The notes beneath the pieces are model-generated. The model was not told where the DNA came from, ran no database searches, and was given only the letters and a program-made list of their open reading frames with translations. 23,909 bases of DNA from Candidatus Velthaea sp. (GTDB lineage Bacteria; Vulcanimicrobiota; Vulcanimicrobiia; Vulcanimicrobiales; Vulcanimicrobiaceae), in NCBI GenBank assembly GCA_050012475.1, contig JBEKHC010000082.1, positions 1 through 23,909 on the forward strand, given 5' to 3'. The stretch's first letter is position 1; each line of letters begins with the position of its first letter. Made by a program: the position numbers and the translations under genes. Of the stretch, positions 15,601 through 23,909 are shown in pieces.

Positions 15601-15682
15601 CAAGATTCGAGCCGCGGTCCGTCTAGCCGGTCCGGCCGAGCCAAGCGACCGAGGTTAGATCGCTGCGGCAAAGCAACATGAA

Positions 15683-15712
15683 TTGACAGAATCGATCATA
15701 TGTGATTAGAGT
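15683..15712 (+). promoter_or_regulatory. sigma70-type promoter for the aldolase-dehydrogenase/kinase/SDR operon
   Basis: TTGACA (15683-15688), 18-nt spacer, TAGAGT (15707-15712). The inverted repeat ATCA-TATG-TGAT in the spacer is a candidate operator. Confidence 0.65.
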
Positions 15713-15717
15713 GCTGC

Positions 15718-17811
15718 ATGACGGCCGCTGTGTCAAACGCGCACCTTGGTTCGGTGCTTGCCCGGCTCACGACGCGCTCGCGCGGCCTGGGCGCCGATCG
15801 AACGATCTGCAACTGGGGCGGCGGCAACACGTCGGCCAAAACGACCGAACTCGATCACGCCGGCCGATCGACGCGGGTGATGTGGGTCAAGGGCTCCGGT
15901 TCCGACTTGGCGAGCGTAACGCCCGAGTCGTTCACCGGCTTGCGCCTCGATGAAGTCCTCGTGCTGCGCGAGCGAGAGCGCCTGCCCGACACCGAGATGG
16001 TGGCGTATCTGCGGCGTTGCATGACCGATCCCGACCGGCCGCGGGCGTCCATCGAGACGCTGTTTCACGCGTTTCATCCGGCCGTCGCGATCGATCACAC
16101 GCACGCCGACGCCACGAATTACTTCGCTTGCGCCGCCGACGGTGAGCGGCTGGCGCGCGAGCTTTTCGGCGACGAGCTCATTTGGATTTCGTACCAACGG
16201 CCGGGCTTCGGGCTCAGCCGGCGGATCGCGCAAGCCGTCGAGGCCAAACCGGCCGGGAAGCTCGTCATCCTTCAGAAGCACGGCTCGATCACCTGGGGCG
16301 ACGACGACGATGCCTGCACGCGTTCGACGTTCGGCATGCTCGCGCGGGCCAAGGCGTTCGTCGAAGCGCGCTTCGCGACGCGGCCGGCGTTCGGCGGCGA
16401 ACGTTGCGCGGCGCCGGCGCCCGAGCAGCGACACGAGATCGCTGCGGATATCATGCCGATGCTGCGCGGCGCCGTGTCGACGGTCAAGCCGTGCGTGCTG
16501 CGCTACGAAGATGCGCCCGACGTGCTGACGTTCGTCAACTCCGTCGACGCGCCGCGCCTGGCCGCGGTCGGCGCGGCTTGTCCCGACCATCTCGTGCACA
16601 CCAAGGTCCGCCCGATGTTCGTCGACTGGACGCCCGATCGCAGCGTCGACGAACTGCGCACCGCGATCGCGGCCGCGGCGCCCGAATACGAGCGCGCGTA
16701 CTTGAAGTATCTCGATGAGAACGCGCAGCAAAATCTCGACCCCGACGCGCAAACGCCGGTCCTGCGCTCGCCGGCCGCCGACGTCAACCCGGCGCCGCGC
16801 GTCATCCTCATTCCCGGCATCGGGATGTTCACGACCGGCAAAGACGCGCAGAACGCGCAGATCTCGGCCGAACTGTACCATCGGGCGATCGCCGTGATCC
16901 GCGGCGCCGAAGTGCTGGGCGGTTTCGTTTCGCTCACCGACAGCGAAAGCCACGCCGTCGAATATTGGCCGCTCGAGCAATACAAACTCAGCTTGATGCC
17001 GCCCGAACGCGAATTCGCGCGCCGCGTGTGTCTGGTCACCGGCGCCGCCGGCGGGATCGGTTCGGCGATCTGCCGCCGGCTCGCCGCCGACGGAGCGCAC
17101 ATCGTCGTCACCGACATCGATGCCGCGGGCGCAAGCGCTGTCGCCGACGAGTTGTGCGCGAAGTTCGGCCCAGGCCGGGCCGTCGACGTGGCGATGGACG
17201 TGACGAGCGAAGACAGCGTCCGCAATGCGTTCCGCCAGGCCGCGCTGGCCTACGGCGGCGTCGATATCGTGGTCAGCAACGCGGGCATCAGCTCGAGCGC
17301 GCCGATCGCAAAAACGACGCTCTTTGACTGGAAACGCAACAGCGATATTCTGGGCACCGGCTATTTTCTGGTCGCGCGCGAAGCCTTCCGGCTGTTGCAA
17401 GACCAAGGCCGCGGCGGCACGATCGTCTTCATCGCCTCCAAGAACGGACTCGTGGCCGGCAAGAACGCGTCGGCGTATTCGGCGGCTAAAGCTGCGGAGC
17501 TGCACTTGGCGCGCTGTCTGGCCGAAGAAGGCGGCGCGGCGGGGATTCGCGTGAACACCGTCAATCCCGATGCCGTCCTCGAAGGGTCGCGCATCTGGGA
17601 CGGGCGCTGGCGCGACGAGCGCGCCGCAACCTACGGCATCGCGCCCGATCAGCTCGAAGAACATTATCGCAAGCGCACGGTGCTCGGCGTCAACGTCGTG
17701 CCGACGGACATCGCCGAGGCCGTCGCGTTCCTGGCATCGCAGCGGGCCGCGAAGAGCACCGGCAACATTCTCAATGTCGACGGCGGAGTAACCGCGGCAT
17801 ACACCCGCTAG
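15718..17811 (+). CDS. rhaD: Bifunctional rhamnulose-1-phosphate aldolase / short-chain dehydrogenase (RhaEW/YuxG type)
   Basis: N-terminal class II aldolase (NWGGGNTSAK, WVKGSGSDL, SIETLFH, DHTHAD, CPDHLVHTK, EYWPLEQYKL) fused to an SDR (VTGAAGGIG, SNAG, AYSAAK, NPDAV, STGNILNVDGG). Confidence 0.93.
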   Translation: MTAAVSNAHLGSVLARLTTRSRGLGADRTICNWGGGNTSAKTTELDHAGRSTRVMWVKGSGSDLASVTPESFTGLRLDEVLVLRERERLPDTEMVAYLRRCMTDPDRPRASIETLFHAFHPAVAIDHTHADATNYFACAADGERLARELFGDELIWISYQRPGFGLSRRIAQAVEAKPAGKLVILQKHGSITWGDDDDACTRSTFGMLARAKAFVEARFATRPAFGGERCAAPAPEQRHEIAADIMPMLRGAVSTVKPCVLRYEDAPDVLTFVNSVDAPRLAAVGAACPDHLVHTKVRPMFVDWTPDRSVDELRTAIAAAAPEYERAYLKYLDENAQQNLDPDAQTPVLRSPAADVNPAPRVILIPGIGMFTTGKDAQNAQISAELYHRAIAVIRGAEVLGGFVSLTDSESHAVEYWPLEQYKLSLMPPEREFARRVCLVTGAAGGIGSAICRRLAADGAHIVVTDIDAAGASAVADELCAKFGPGRAVDVAMDVTSEDSVRNAFRQAALAYGGVDIVVSNAGISSSAPIAKTTLFDWKRNSDILGTGYFLVAREAFRLLQDQGRGGTIVFIASKNGLVAGKNASAYSAAKAAELHLARCLAEEGGAAGIRVNTVNPDAVLEGSRIWDGRWRDERAATYGIAPDQLEEHYRKRTVLGVNVVPTDIAEAVAFLASQRAAKSTGNILNVDGGVTAAYTR

Positions 17812-19367
17812 TGGCTTCGGTGCCGGGGGATACTGCGGCATTGATGCACCTTCATCAGTGCATCGCCGTCGATCTGGGAGCCGAGACCGGCCGCGTCATC
17901 ATCGGCGGCGGCGGCGAAGACGGGGTGTACCTGCGCGAGATCCACCGTTTCCCCAACCGTCCGGTGCGCACGCCGGACGGCCTGCATTGGGACGTGCTGC
18001 GCATTTTCGAGGAGATGCTCACCGGCATCGAACTCGCGCTGGCCAGCGCCGACGACACCATCGTCTCGATCGGGGTCGATTCCTGGGGCGTCGATTACGG
18101 GCTCTTCGACGGCCGCGGGCGTTTGCTGGGCAATCCCTACCACTATCGCGACTCGCGCACCGACGGCATTCCCGAGATGTATGCCGAACGCGTGTCAGCC
18201 GCTCGGCAGTACACGTTGACGGGGATCGCCCAGATGTCGATCAACACGCTCTATCAGCTCGCGGCGCAAAAGAGCGAATCCGACGGCGCGTTGGGGATCG
18301 CTCGTTCGCTGCTGATGATCCCCGACATCATGCATTACTGGCTGACCGGCACGCAGGTGGCCGAATTCACCAACGCGAGCACGAGCGGCTTGCTGGGCGT
18401 CGACGGCCAGTGGGCCGACGAACTCATCTCGGCCATCGACATCCCGCGCCGCATGTTCGGCGAACTCGTCGAACCCGGCACGATCTTGGGACCGACCCGC
18501 AGCGCGCTCGATTTCGGCCCGCGCACCCGTGCGCTGCGCGTCGTCGTTCCGGCGACCCACGATACGGCTTGCGCGGTGCTGGCCGCGCCGCTGCACGTTA
18601 CGACCGGCGACGACGTCTGCGCGTACATCAGTTCGGGCACGTGGTCGCTCTTAGGTCTCGAACTGACGCAGCCGATTCTCACCGAGGACGCCCGCCTGGC
18701 GGGATTCACCAACGAACGCGGCGTCGCCGGCAGCGTTCGCTTCCTGCGCAATATCATGGGGCTGTGGCTGATCCAGGAGTGCCGGCGCGCTTGGCACCGC
18801 GACGGCGGGGACGATTACAGTTACGACGACCTCACCGCGCGCGCGGCGACCGTCGAATCGCCCGGGCTCATCGTCGATGTGGACGATCCCGAACTGCTGC
18901 ACCCCGACGACATGCCCGCAGCGATCGCCGCGCAGCTCGCGCGCGGCAGGCAGCGGGCCGAGCGCGACCCCGTCGCGCTCACGCGCGCAATTTTCGAGGG
19001 CCTCGCGCTGCAATACCGGCGCTCGATCGCCGACGCGGAACGGCTGGCCGGCGTGCGGGTCGGGGCGGTCGCCATCATCGGCGGCGGTTCGCGCAACGCC
19101 CTGCTCTGTCAGCTCGCCGCCGACGCTTGCGCGCGGGTCGTCTACGCCGGTCCGGCCGAAGCCAGCGCGACCGGGAACGTTCTCGTTCAGGGCGTCGCCG
19201 ACCACGCGCTATCCGATTTAGCGCAAATCCGAGATTTCGTGAAAACGACCGCCCGTCCGCGCATTTTCGAGCCGCGCAGTGCAACGACCATCGATTGGGC
19301 GGCGCGCGACGCTGCGCTCTCGAGCCTGCGCCAAAGCGGCACACCCGAAAGGATCCCCCATGTTTGA
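17811..19367 (+). CDS. rhaB: Rhamnulokinase-like FGGY carbohydrate kinase
   Basis: AVDLGAETGRV, EIHRFPN, GVDSWGVDYGL, PYHYRDSRT, NTLYQL, ATHDTA, YISSGTWSLLG, FTNERG, FLRNIMGLW and GGGSRN. Start may instead be 17841 or 17844. Confidence 0.9.
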   Translation: MASVPGDTAALMHLHQCIAVDLGAETGRVIIGGGGEDGVYLREIHRFPNRPVRTPDGLHWDVLRIFEEMLTGIELALASADDTIVSIGVDSWGVDYGLFDGRGRLLGNPYHYRDSRTDGIPEMYAERVSAARQYTLTGIAQMSINTLYQLAAQKSESDGALGIARSLLMIPDIMHYWLTGTQVAEFTNASTSGLLGVDGQWADELISAIDIPRRMFGELVEPGTILGPTRSALDFGPRTRALRVVVPATHDTACAVLAAPLHVTTGDDVCAYISSGTWSLLGLELTQPILTEDARLAGFTNERGVAGSVRFLRNIMGLWLIQECRRAWHRDGGDDYSYDDLTARAATVESPGLIVDVDDPELLHPDDMPAAIAAQLARGRQRAERDPVALTRAIFEGLALQYRRSIADAERLAGVRVGAVAIIGGGSRNALLCQLAADACARVVYAGPAEASATGNVLVQGVADHALSDLAQIRDFVKTTARPRIFEPRSATTIDWAARDAALSSLRQSGTPERIPHV

Positions 19368-20118
19368 TCTCACCGGCCGAACCGCGCTCGTCACCGGCGG
19401 CGCCCGGGGGTTGGGTTTGGCGATGGCCCGGGCACTGGGGACGCAAGGCGCGCGGCTCATGCTCATGGATCGCGATGCCGCTTCGCTCGATGCGGCGGTC
19501 GGCACGCTCACCGGCGAAGGAATCGAAGCGCGCAGCGTGATCGGCGACGTGACGGTTCCGGCCGACACCGTTCGCGCCGTCGCCGAGATCCGCGCCGCCT
19601 GGCAGCGCGTCGACATCGGCGTCTGCAACGCGGGCATCGCCCTCAACGTGCCGGCCGAAGACATGACGCTCGAGCAGTGGAACGCGGTCATGGCCGTCAA
19701 TTTGACCGGCGTTTTCTTCACCGCCCAAGCCTGCGGACGCGCGATGATCGAACAGAAGTCGGGTTCGATCGTGGCGATCGCTTCGATGTCCGGATTGATC
19801 GTCAACGTTCCCCAGCTGCAGACCGCGTACAACGTTTCGAAGGCCGGCGTGATCATGATCGTGAAAAGCTTAGCGGTCGAATGGGCGCACTACGGTGTCC
19901 GCGTCAACGCGATCGCGCCCGGGTACATGCGCACCGAAATGACCGCAGCGTCGTTCCAAGAACCGGCGCGGGGCGGCGTCTGGCTCGATCTCACGCCGAT
20001 GAAACGCGCCGGCGAGCCGCCCGAACTCGGCGGCGCCGCCGTTTATCTCGCATCAGACGCATCGAGTTTCGTGACCGGCCAGACGCTGGTGGTCGACGGC
20101 GGTTACGTGTTGCGTTGA
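19360..20118 (+). CDS. SDR oxidoreductase, polyol dehydrogenase / ketose reductase type
   Basis: MFDLTGRTALVTGGARGLG, CNAGI, IASMSGLIVNVPQLQTAYNVSKAGV (YxxxK), NAIAPGY and VTGQTLVVDGG. RBS AAAGGA precedes ATG 19360, which overlaps the kinase 3' end. Confidence 0.9.
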   Translation: MFDLTGRTALVTGGARGLGLAMARALGTQGARLMLMDRDAASLDAAVGTLTGEGIEARSVIGDVTVPADTVRAVAEIRAAWQRVDIGVCNAGIALNVPAEDMTLEQWNAVMAVNLTGVFFTAQACGRAMIEQKSGSIVAIASMSGLIVNVPQLQTAYNVSKAGVIMIVKSLAVEWAHYGVRVNAIAPGYMRTEMTAASFQEPARGGVWLDLTPMKRAGEPPELGGAAVYLASDASSFVTGQTLVVDGGYVLR

Positions 20119-20228
20119 CGCGAGTCAGCCGGTCCGCACGGGCATAGTGCTAACATCCGAACGTGAAGTAGTCGAACGACTCTAGAGAGTTTGTGAGGTT
20201 TACCTTAGTCTAATTCGCTATAGGCTCG

Positions 20229-21305
20229 TTGCGAGGCCGGCTTCAGCGGCGCCGCTTGGTGGAAAGGGTCGATCTCATTCTCGAACCAGCAGAAGTACCC
20301 GTGCCGGCCCTGGCCGGGCACGCGTCGCAAGACGAGATCAACGCGATCGTCACGTTGGTTCCGCGAACGTTCCGCGCGAACGCGCTGTGGGCGGTGCCGT
20401 TGCTGATCGATACGGCGCGCGCGGGCGGAATGACGCATTCGCGGCGCATCGCCTACGTGCTCGCGACCGCGCAGCATGGGTCGCATTTCGGTGCCCGGCT
20501 GGAGGAAACGGGAACGGGTCCGGGAGCGGACGGCGTCGATCGGTCCTTCGACCGTTACGAACCCGGGACGGCGCTGGGTACCACGTTGGGCAATTCCGAA
20601 CCGGGCGATGGCGCGCGTTTCCGCGGCCGCGGCTTCGTCCACGTCCGCGGCCGCGCGGCGTATGCCACCTGGTCGCAGCGCCTGGGGATGCCCGAGCAGC
20701 CCGTCGATGGGACCCACGTCCCGTTTTTCGTCGCGCATCCCGAAGCGCTGGCGCGGCCGAGCATTGCCGCCCAGACGCTGGTGCAGGGCATGCGCGACGG
20801 GCTCTTTACCGGAATCGCATTGGGCTACTACGTCAACGAGAAGAAAGCCGACTACTACAGCGCGCGGCGCGTAGTGGGCGCTTGCGAGCACGCCCGCGAC
20901 GTCGCGGCCATCGCGGTCGAATTCGCGCGGGCGATCGAGGAATTGCAAAACGATCGCCACCGCGAGCACATGGCGCGCTTGGCCCACATCCGCGCGCTGG
21001 ATGCTGCCGGGCGCGATCTCGTCAAGGAAGTCGGCGACGCCGTCGCGCGGCTTGCCGAGCGCGGTGAGAACATGCCGCCCCCGCAGGAAGTGATCGAGTG
21101 GAACGGCGAGGCGCGACAAGGCAAATTCGTCCAGCTCGACAGCAACACGTGCGCGCTGCACCAGGGCCGCGGCACGTACATCCGGCTCGACGTCCAACGC
21201 GACCTCAACGGGATCGTGCCCCCGGAAGCACGCAACATGGCGCTCAAACGCTCGGGTGACGTTCGCCTGGCGGCTCGGCACGGCGAAGTGAACTTCTGGC
21301 GCTAG
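20229..21305 (+). CDS. GH19 chitinase/endolysin-like protein with degenerate catalytic motif and an extra C-terminal domain
   Basis: RRIAYVLATAQHGS, LGNSEPGDGARFRGRGFVHVRGRAAY, GMRDGLFTG and DYYSARRVV resemble bacterial/phage GH19-like proteins. Start uncertain (TTG 20229, GTG 20259 or GTG 20301). Confidence 0.72.
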   Translation: MRGRLQRRRLVERVDLILEPAEVPVPALAGHASQDEINAIVTLVPRTFRANALWAVPLLIDTARAGGMTHSRRIAYVLATAQHGSHFGARLEETGTGPGADGVDRSFDRYEPGTALGTTLGNSEPGDGARFRGRGFVHVRGRAAYATWSQRLGMPEQPVDGTHVPFFVAHPEALARPSIAAQTLVQGMRDGLFTGIALGYYVNEKKADYYSARRVVGACEHARDVAAIAVEFARAIEELQNDRHREHMARLAHIRALDAAGRDLVKEVGDAVARLAERGENMPPPQEVIEWNGEARQGKFVQLDSNTCALHQGRGTYIRLDVQRDLNGIVPPEARNMALKRSGDVRLAARHGEVNFWR

Positions 21306-21433
21306 AATCGCGCTGACCGACGCTCGCAAGACCACGGAAACGCTTGAGGAGCGCCGAATTCGGGAAACGCTTGATGGCTGGGGCAGCCATCGTCTTTCGG
21401 ACTTGGACGATGCCGCAGAAGGCAGGTGAACAC

Positions 21434-22657
21434 GTGAAACGACCGCAGCTCGTTCTGGGCCTGATCTGGCTGATGATGTTCGTTGCGTATTTCGACCGCA
21501 TCAATATCACCGTTGCCGGTCCGGCGATCGTGAAAACCCTGGGGCTGGAGCCGGCCGCGTTCGGCTTGGTCTTGTCGGCGTTTACCTTCGGCTACGCGCT
21601 CATGCAGATTCCGGGCGGCGCGCTGGCCGACCGTTTCGGTTCGCGTCCGCTGCTGATTTTTGCGCTGGTCTTCTGGTCGGCGTTCACCGGTCTGACCGGG
21701 CTTGCGACCTCGTTGACGGTGCTCGTCATCGTCCGAGTGTTTTTTGGCCTGGGAGAAGGGCTCGAAAACGGCGCGCAATTTAAATTGATCGGCGACTACT
21801 TCCCGTCGCGCGAGCGCTCGGGCGCGAACGCGGCGTTCCTCAGCGCGCTGTCGCTGGGACCGGCGATCGCGGCGCCGCTGGCCGGATGGCTGGTGGTCCA
21901 AGTCGGTTGGCGCGGGCTCTTCTTTTGGTTCACGATTCCTGGGCTGCTCGTCGCGATTCTGTTAGCGTTCTTGCTGCCGCGAACGTCGGCTCCGCTGGCC
22001 TTGGAACAGGGCGCGAAGCGCAGCGGCGGCTGGGGCGAAGCGCTCGGCGCCCGCCCGACGTGGCTGGTATTCGCTGCGTATCTTTGCTTCAACGTTGCGT
22101 TTTGGGGTTTCATCGGCTGGATGCCCAGCTATCTGAACGCGACGCGGCACATCGCGCTGGCGCAGCTGGGCATCGTCGCCGCGCTGCCCTATTTCTGCGG
22201 CTTCCTCGGTACGATCTTGTGCGGCTGGCTGGGCAGCAAAGTCTTCGTTCGGCACCGGGCCGCGCTCGTGGCGACGGTGTATCTCTTGGCCGGCGTTTCG
22301 CTGTACGTCGCGTTCAGCGCGCAGACGGTCGGGCAAAGTTTGGCCGGGCTCTCCTTCGCGGCATTTTTCTTGTACGGCGGCTTCGGACCGTTCTGGGCGG
22401 TCGCGATCGACTTGATCGCCGCCGACATGCGCGGCGCGATGACCGGATTCGTCAATTTCGGCGGCCAGATCGGCGGATTCTTCGCGCCGATCGTCGTCGG
22501 CGCGATCGTCGGCGCGACCAAGTCCTATTCCGGCGGCTTCGTGTTCATGATTTGCGCGCTGCTGCTCTCGGCGGCGAGTCTGCTGTGGCTGCAGACCACC
22601 GGCAGCCAAAGCTCGGTCCACGACCTGCAAGAAGAACCGGCGCTGCGGCCGGCGTAG
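21434..22657 (+). CDS. MFS transporter, anion:cation symporter (ACS, sugar-acid/dicarboxylate type) family
   Basis: About 12 TM segments, AYFDRINI, QIPGGALADRFGSR, RVFFGLGEG, FPSRERSGANA and WMPSYL. Start placed at GTG 21434 after AGGTGA. Confidence 0.9.
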   Translation: MKRPQLVLGLIWLMMFVAYFDRINITVAGPAIVKTLGLEPAAFGLVLSAFTFGYALMQIPGGALADRFGSRPLLIFALVFWSAFTGLTGLATSLTVLVIVRVFFGLGEGLENGAQFKLIGDYFPSRERSGANAAFLSALSLGPAIAAPLAGWLVVQVGWRGLFFWFTIPGLLVAILLAFLLPRTSAPLALEQGAKRSGGWGEALGARPTWLVFAAYLCFNVAFWGFIGWMPSYLNATRHIALAQLGIVAALPYFCGFLGTILCGWLGSKVFVRHRAALVATVYLLAGVSLYVAFSAQTVGQSLAGLSFAAFFLYGGFGPFWAVAIDLIAADMRGAMTGFVNFGGQIGGFFAPIVVGAIVGATKSYSGGFVFMICALLLSAASLLWLQTTGSQSSVHDLQEEPALRPA

Positions 22658-22672
22658 CCGGTCACGGTCCGG

Positions 22673-22694
22673 TCCGTTTGCGCGGGCAAACGGA
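22673..22694 (+). terminator. Stem-loop downstream of the MFS gene
   Basis: TCCGTTTGC-gcgg-GCAAACGGA is a perfect 9-bp stem starting 16 nt after the stop. No U-tract. Confidence 0.4.
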
Positions 22695-22717
22695 GGCGCC
22701 CGCGGCGCAGCGGGTAA

Positions 22718-23902
22718 ATGCCGCCAGTCATGCGTGGCTTTTGGAACGGTACGGCGGTCGGATTCGTGGTCGGCTACTCGGGGGTGCGCCTGCGCACGGC
22801 GTGGCTCGATCGCGAGTCGCCTTTCCCGACAATCGCGGCACCCGATCCCGAGACGTACGGCGCCGCGCGCCGCGGGCTCATGCTCGCCGGCGTGCTGCGC
22901 TCGACCGCTTCATTGGCGATGACCGCCTTCGTGATCGCGCGACCGGTTGAACGCGCGCTGCAACCGGTTCCGCGCTGGCTGCAGGCGCCAGCGTTTATCG
23001 TGCTCTTGGGCGTGCTCGACGGCCTGCGCGATCTGGGCGCGGATTATGTCGAGTCGCACGTCATGGAGCGCACCTACGGCATGTCGGAGCAAACCGCCGA
23101 AGCGTGGGCGAGCGACCACGTGAAAGCCGTCGGCGTGGGCCTCGGGATCACGATGGTGGTCGCGGGGCTCGGCGACGCCATCGTCCGCAAGGCGCCGCAC
23201 CGCTGGCCTTGGATCGCGATCGGGGCGACCCCGCTGCTGCTCACGCTCGCCAACGTCATCGCTCCCAACTTCATCATGCCGCTGTTCAACACGTACACGC
23301 CGTTGCAGGGCAACCTCGAACGGCGCATCCGCGACCTCGCGGCACGGTATGGCGCCGGCGACGCGGCGATCCTGCGCTTCGATATGAGCCGGCAAACCAA
23401 AAAAGCCAACGCCTTCGTGACCGGCGTCTTCGGCACGCAGCGCATCGTGCTCGCCGACACGCTGATCGAAAAGTTCGAGGAAGACGAAACGCTCTTCGTC
23501 GTCGCGCACGAGTTGGGGCACTACGTGCGCCGCGATCCCTGGCTCTCCATCGCAGTCGGCACGCTATTTACTGCCGCAACGATCGGCGTGGGAAGTCGTG
23601 CCTTGCGCAAGTCCGGCCGCCGGTTGGAGACGCTCGTCGACGGGGCTCGATTTGCCTTCTATGCGTCGACGTTCTCGACGCTCGTCGCGCCGTTCATGGC
23701 CGCGATCTCGCGCGCGGTCGAACGCCGCGCCGACGTCTTCGCCGTCGAAGCAACCCACGATCCAAAAAGCGGAGCACGCGCCTTCCGGCGCCTGCGCGAT
23801 CAAAATCAGGCGGAAGACGAGCAGCCGAAATGGGCGGAGTTGCTGTTCTCAACTCATCCTTCGCTAAAATCGCGGATCGCGCGGCTGGAGGCGCAGGCGT
23901 AG
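22718..23902 (+). CDS. M48 family (Ste24/CAAX protease-like) membrane zinc metallopeptidase
   Basis: N-terminal TM region, IMPLFN, DMSRQTKKANAFVTG, RIVLADTL, HELGH (HExxH), ERRADVFA and STHP...RI. Confidence 0.93.
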   Translation: MPPVMRGFWNGTAVGFVVGYSGVRLRTAWLDRESPFPTIAAPDPETYGAARRGLMLAGVLRSTASLAMTAFVIARPVERALQPVPRWLQAPAFIVLLGVLDGLRDLGADYVESHVMERTYGMSEQTAEAWASDHVKAVGVGLGITMVVAGLGDAIVRKAPHRWPWIAIGATPLLLTLANVIAPNFIMPLFNTYTPLQGNLERRIRDLAARYGAGDAAILRFDMSRQTKKANAFVTGVFGTQRIVLADTLIEKFEEDETLFVVAHELGHYVRRDPWLSIAVGTLFTAATIGVGSRALRKSGRRLETLVDGARFAFYASTFSTLVAPFMAAISRAVERRADVFAVEATHDPKSGARAFRRLRDQNQAEDEQPKWAELLFSTHPSLKSRIARLEAQA

Positions 23903-23909
23903 GTTGGGG

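Noticed and set aside
15733..17841. 702-aa antisense ORF, and similar long shadow ORFs (e.g. 5280..6605 minus, 14269..15681 plus, 17858..19540 plus)
   Set aside because: They overlap well-supported genes on the opposite strand or another frame, and are expected from codon bias in high-GC DNA.
20229..21305. Prophage lysis module
   Set aside because: No holin, spanin, structural, integrase or att features nearby, and the catalytic motif is degenerate.
1..23909. CRISPR arrays, tRNA/rRNA genes, IS elements, and a pyp gene
   Set aside because: No regularly spaced repeats, cloverleaf or rRNA signatures, transposase motifs, or PYP-like ORF (FFxxVAPC motif) were seen by eye.

Overview
High-GC bacterial chromosomal window made mostly of two carbohydrate-catabolic clusters. 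Cluster 1 (about 176-7642) is a LacI-regulated tetritol (erythritol/threitol-type) locus. The minus strand carries eltD-like dehydrogenase, DhaL-type kinase subunit, RpiB/DerI isomerase and, unexpectedly, a photoactive-yellow-protein-type 4-coumarate ligase (pCL-like) with an ACP-like N-terminus and no in-frame start codon at its apparent 5' end. The plus strand carries lacI, a ~630-nt hairpin-rich leader, an orphan MalK-type ATPase and a DhaK-type subunit. The two arms have near-twin sigma70 promoters containing an identical 14-bp operator. A BON-domain gene and a PLP threonine dehydratase-like gene follow. Cluster 2 (9279-20118) is a DeoR-regulated rhamnose-like locus: LsrB/RhaS-family ABC importer, FucA-like aldolase, RhaEW-type aldolase-dehydrogenase, RhaB-like kinase and a polyol-type SDR, with no isomerase or mutarotase in the window. 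The window ends with an apparently catalytically degenerate GH19/endolysin-like protein with a possible KfrB-like tail, an ACS-family MFS transporter and an M48 (Ste24-like) peptidase. No rRNA, tRNA, CRISPR array or recognisable transposase was seen. All family calls come from motif recognition by eye, not database searches.
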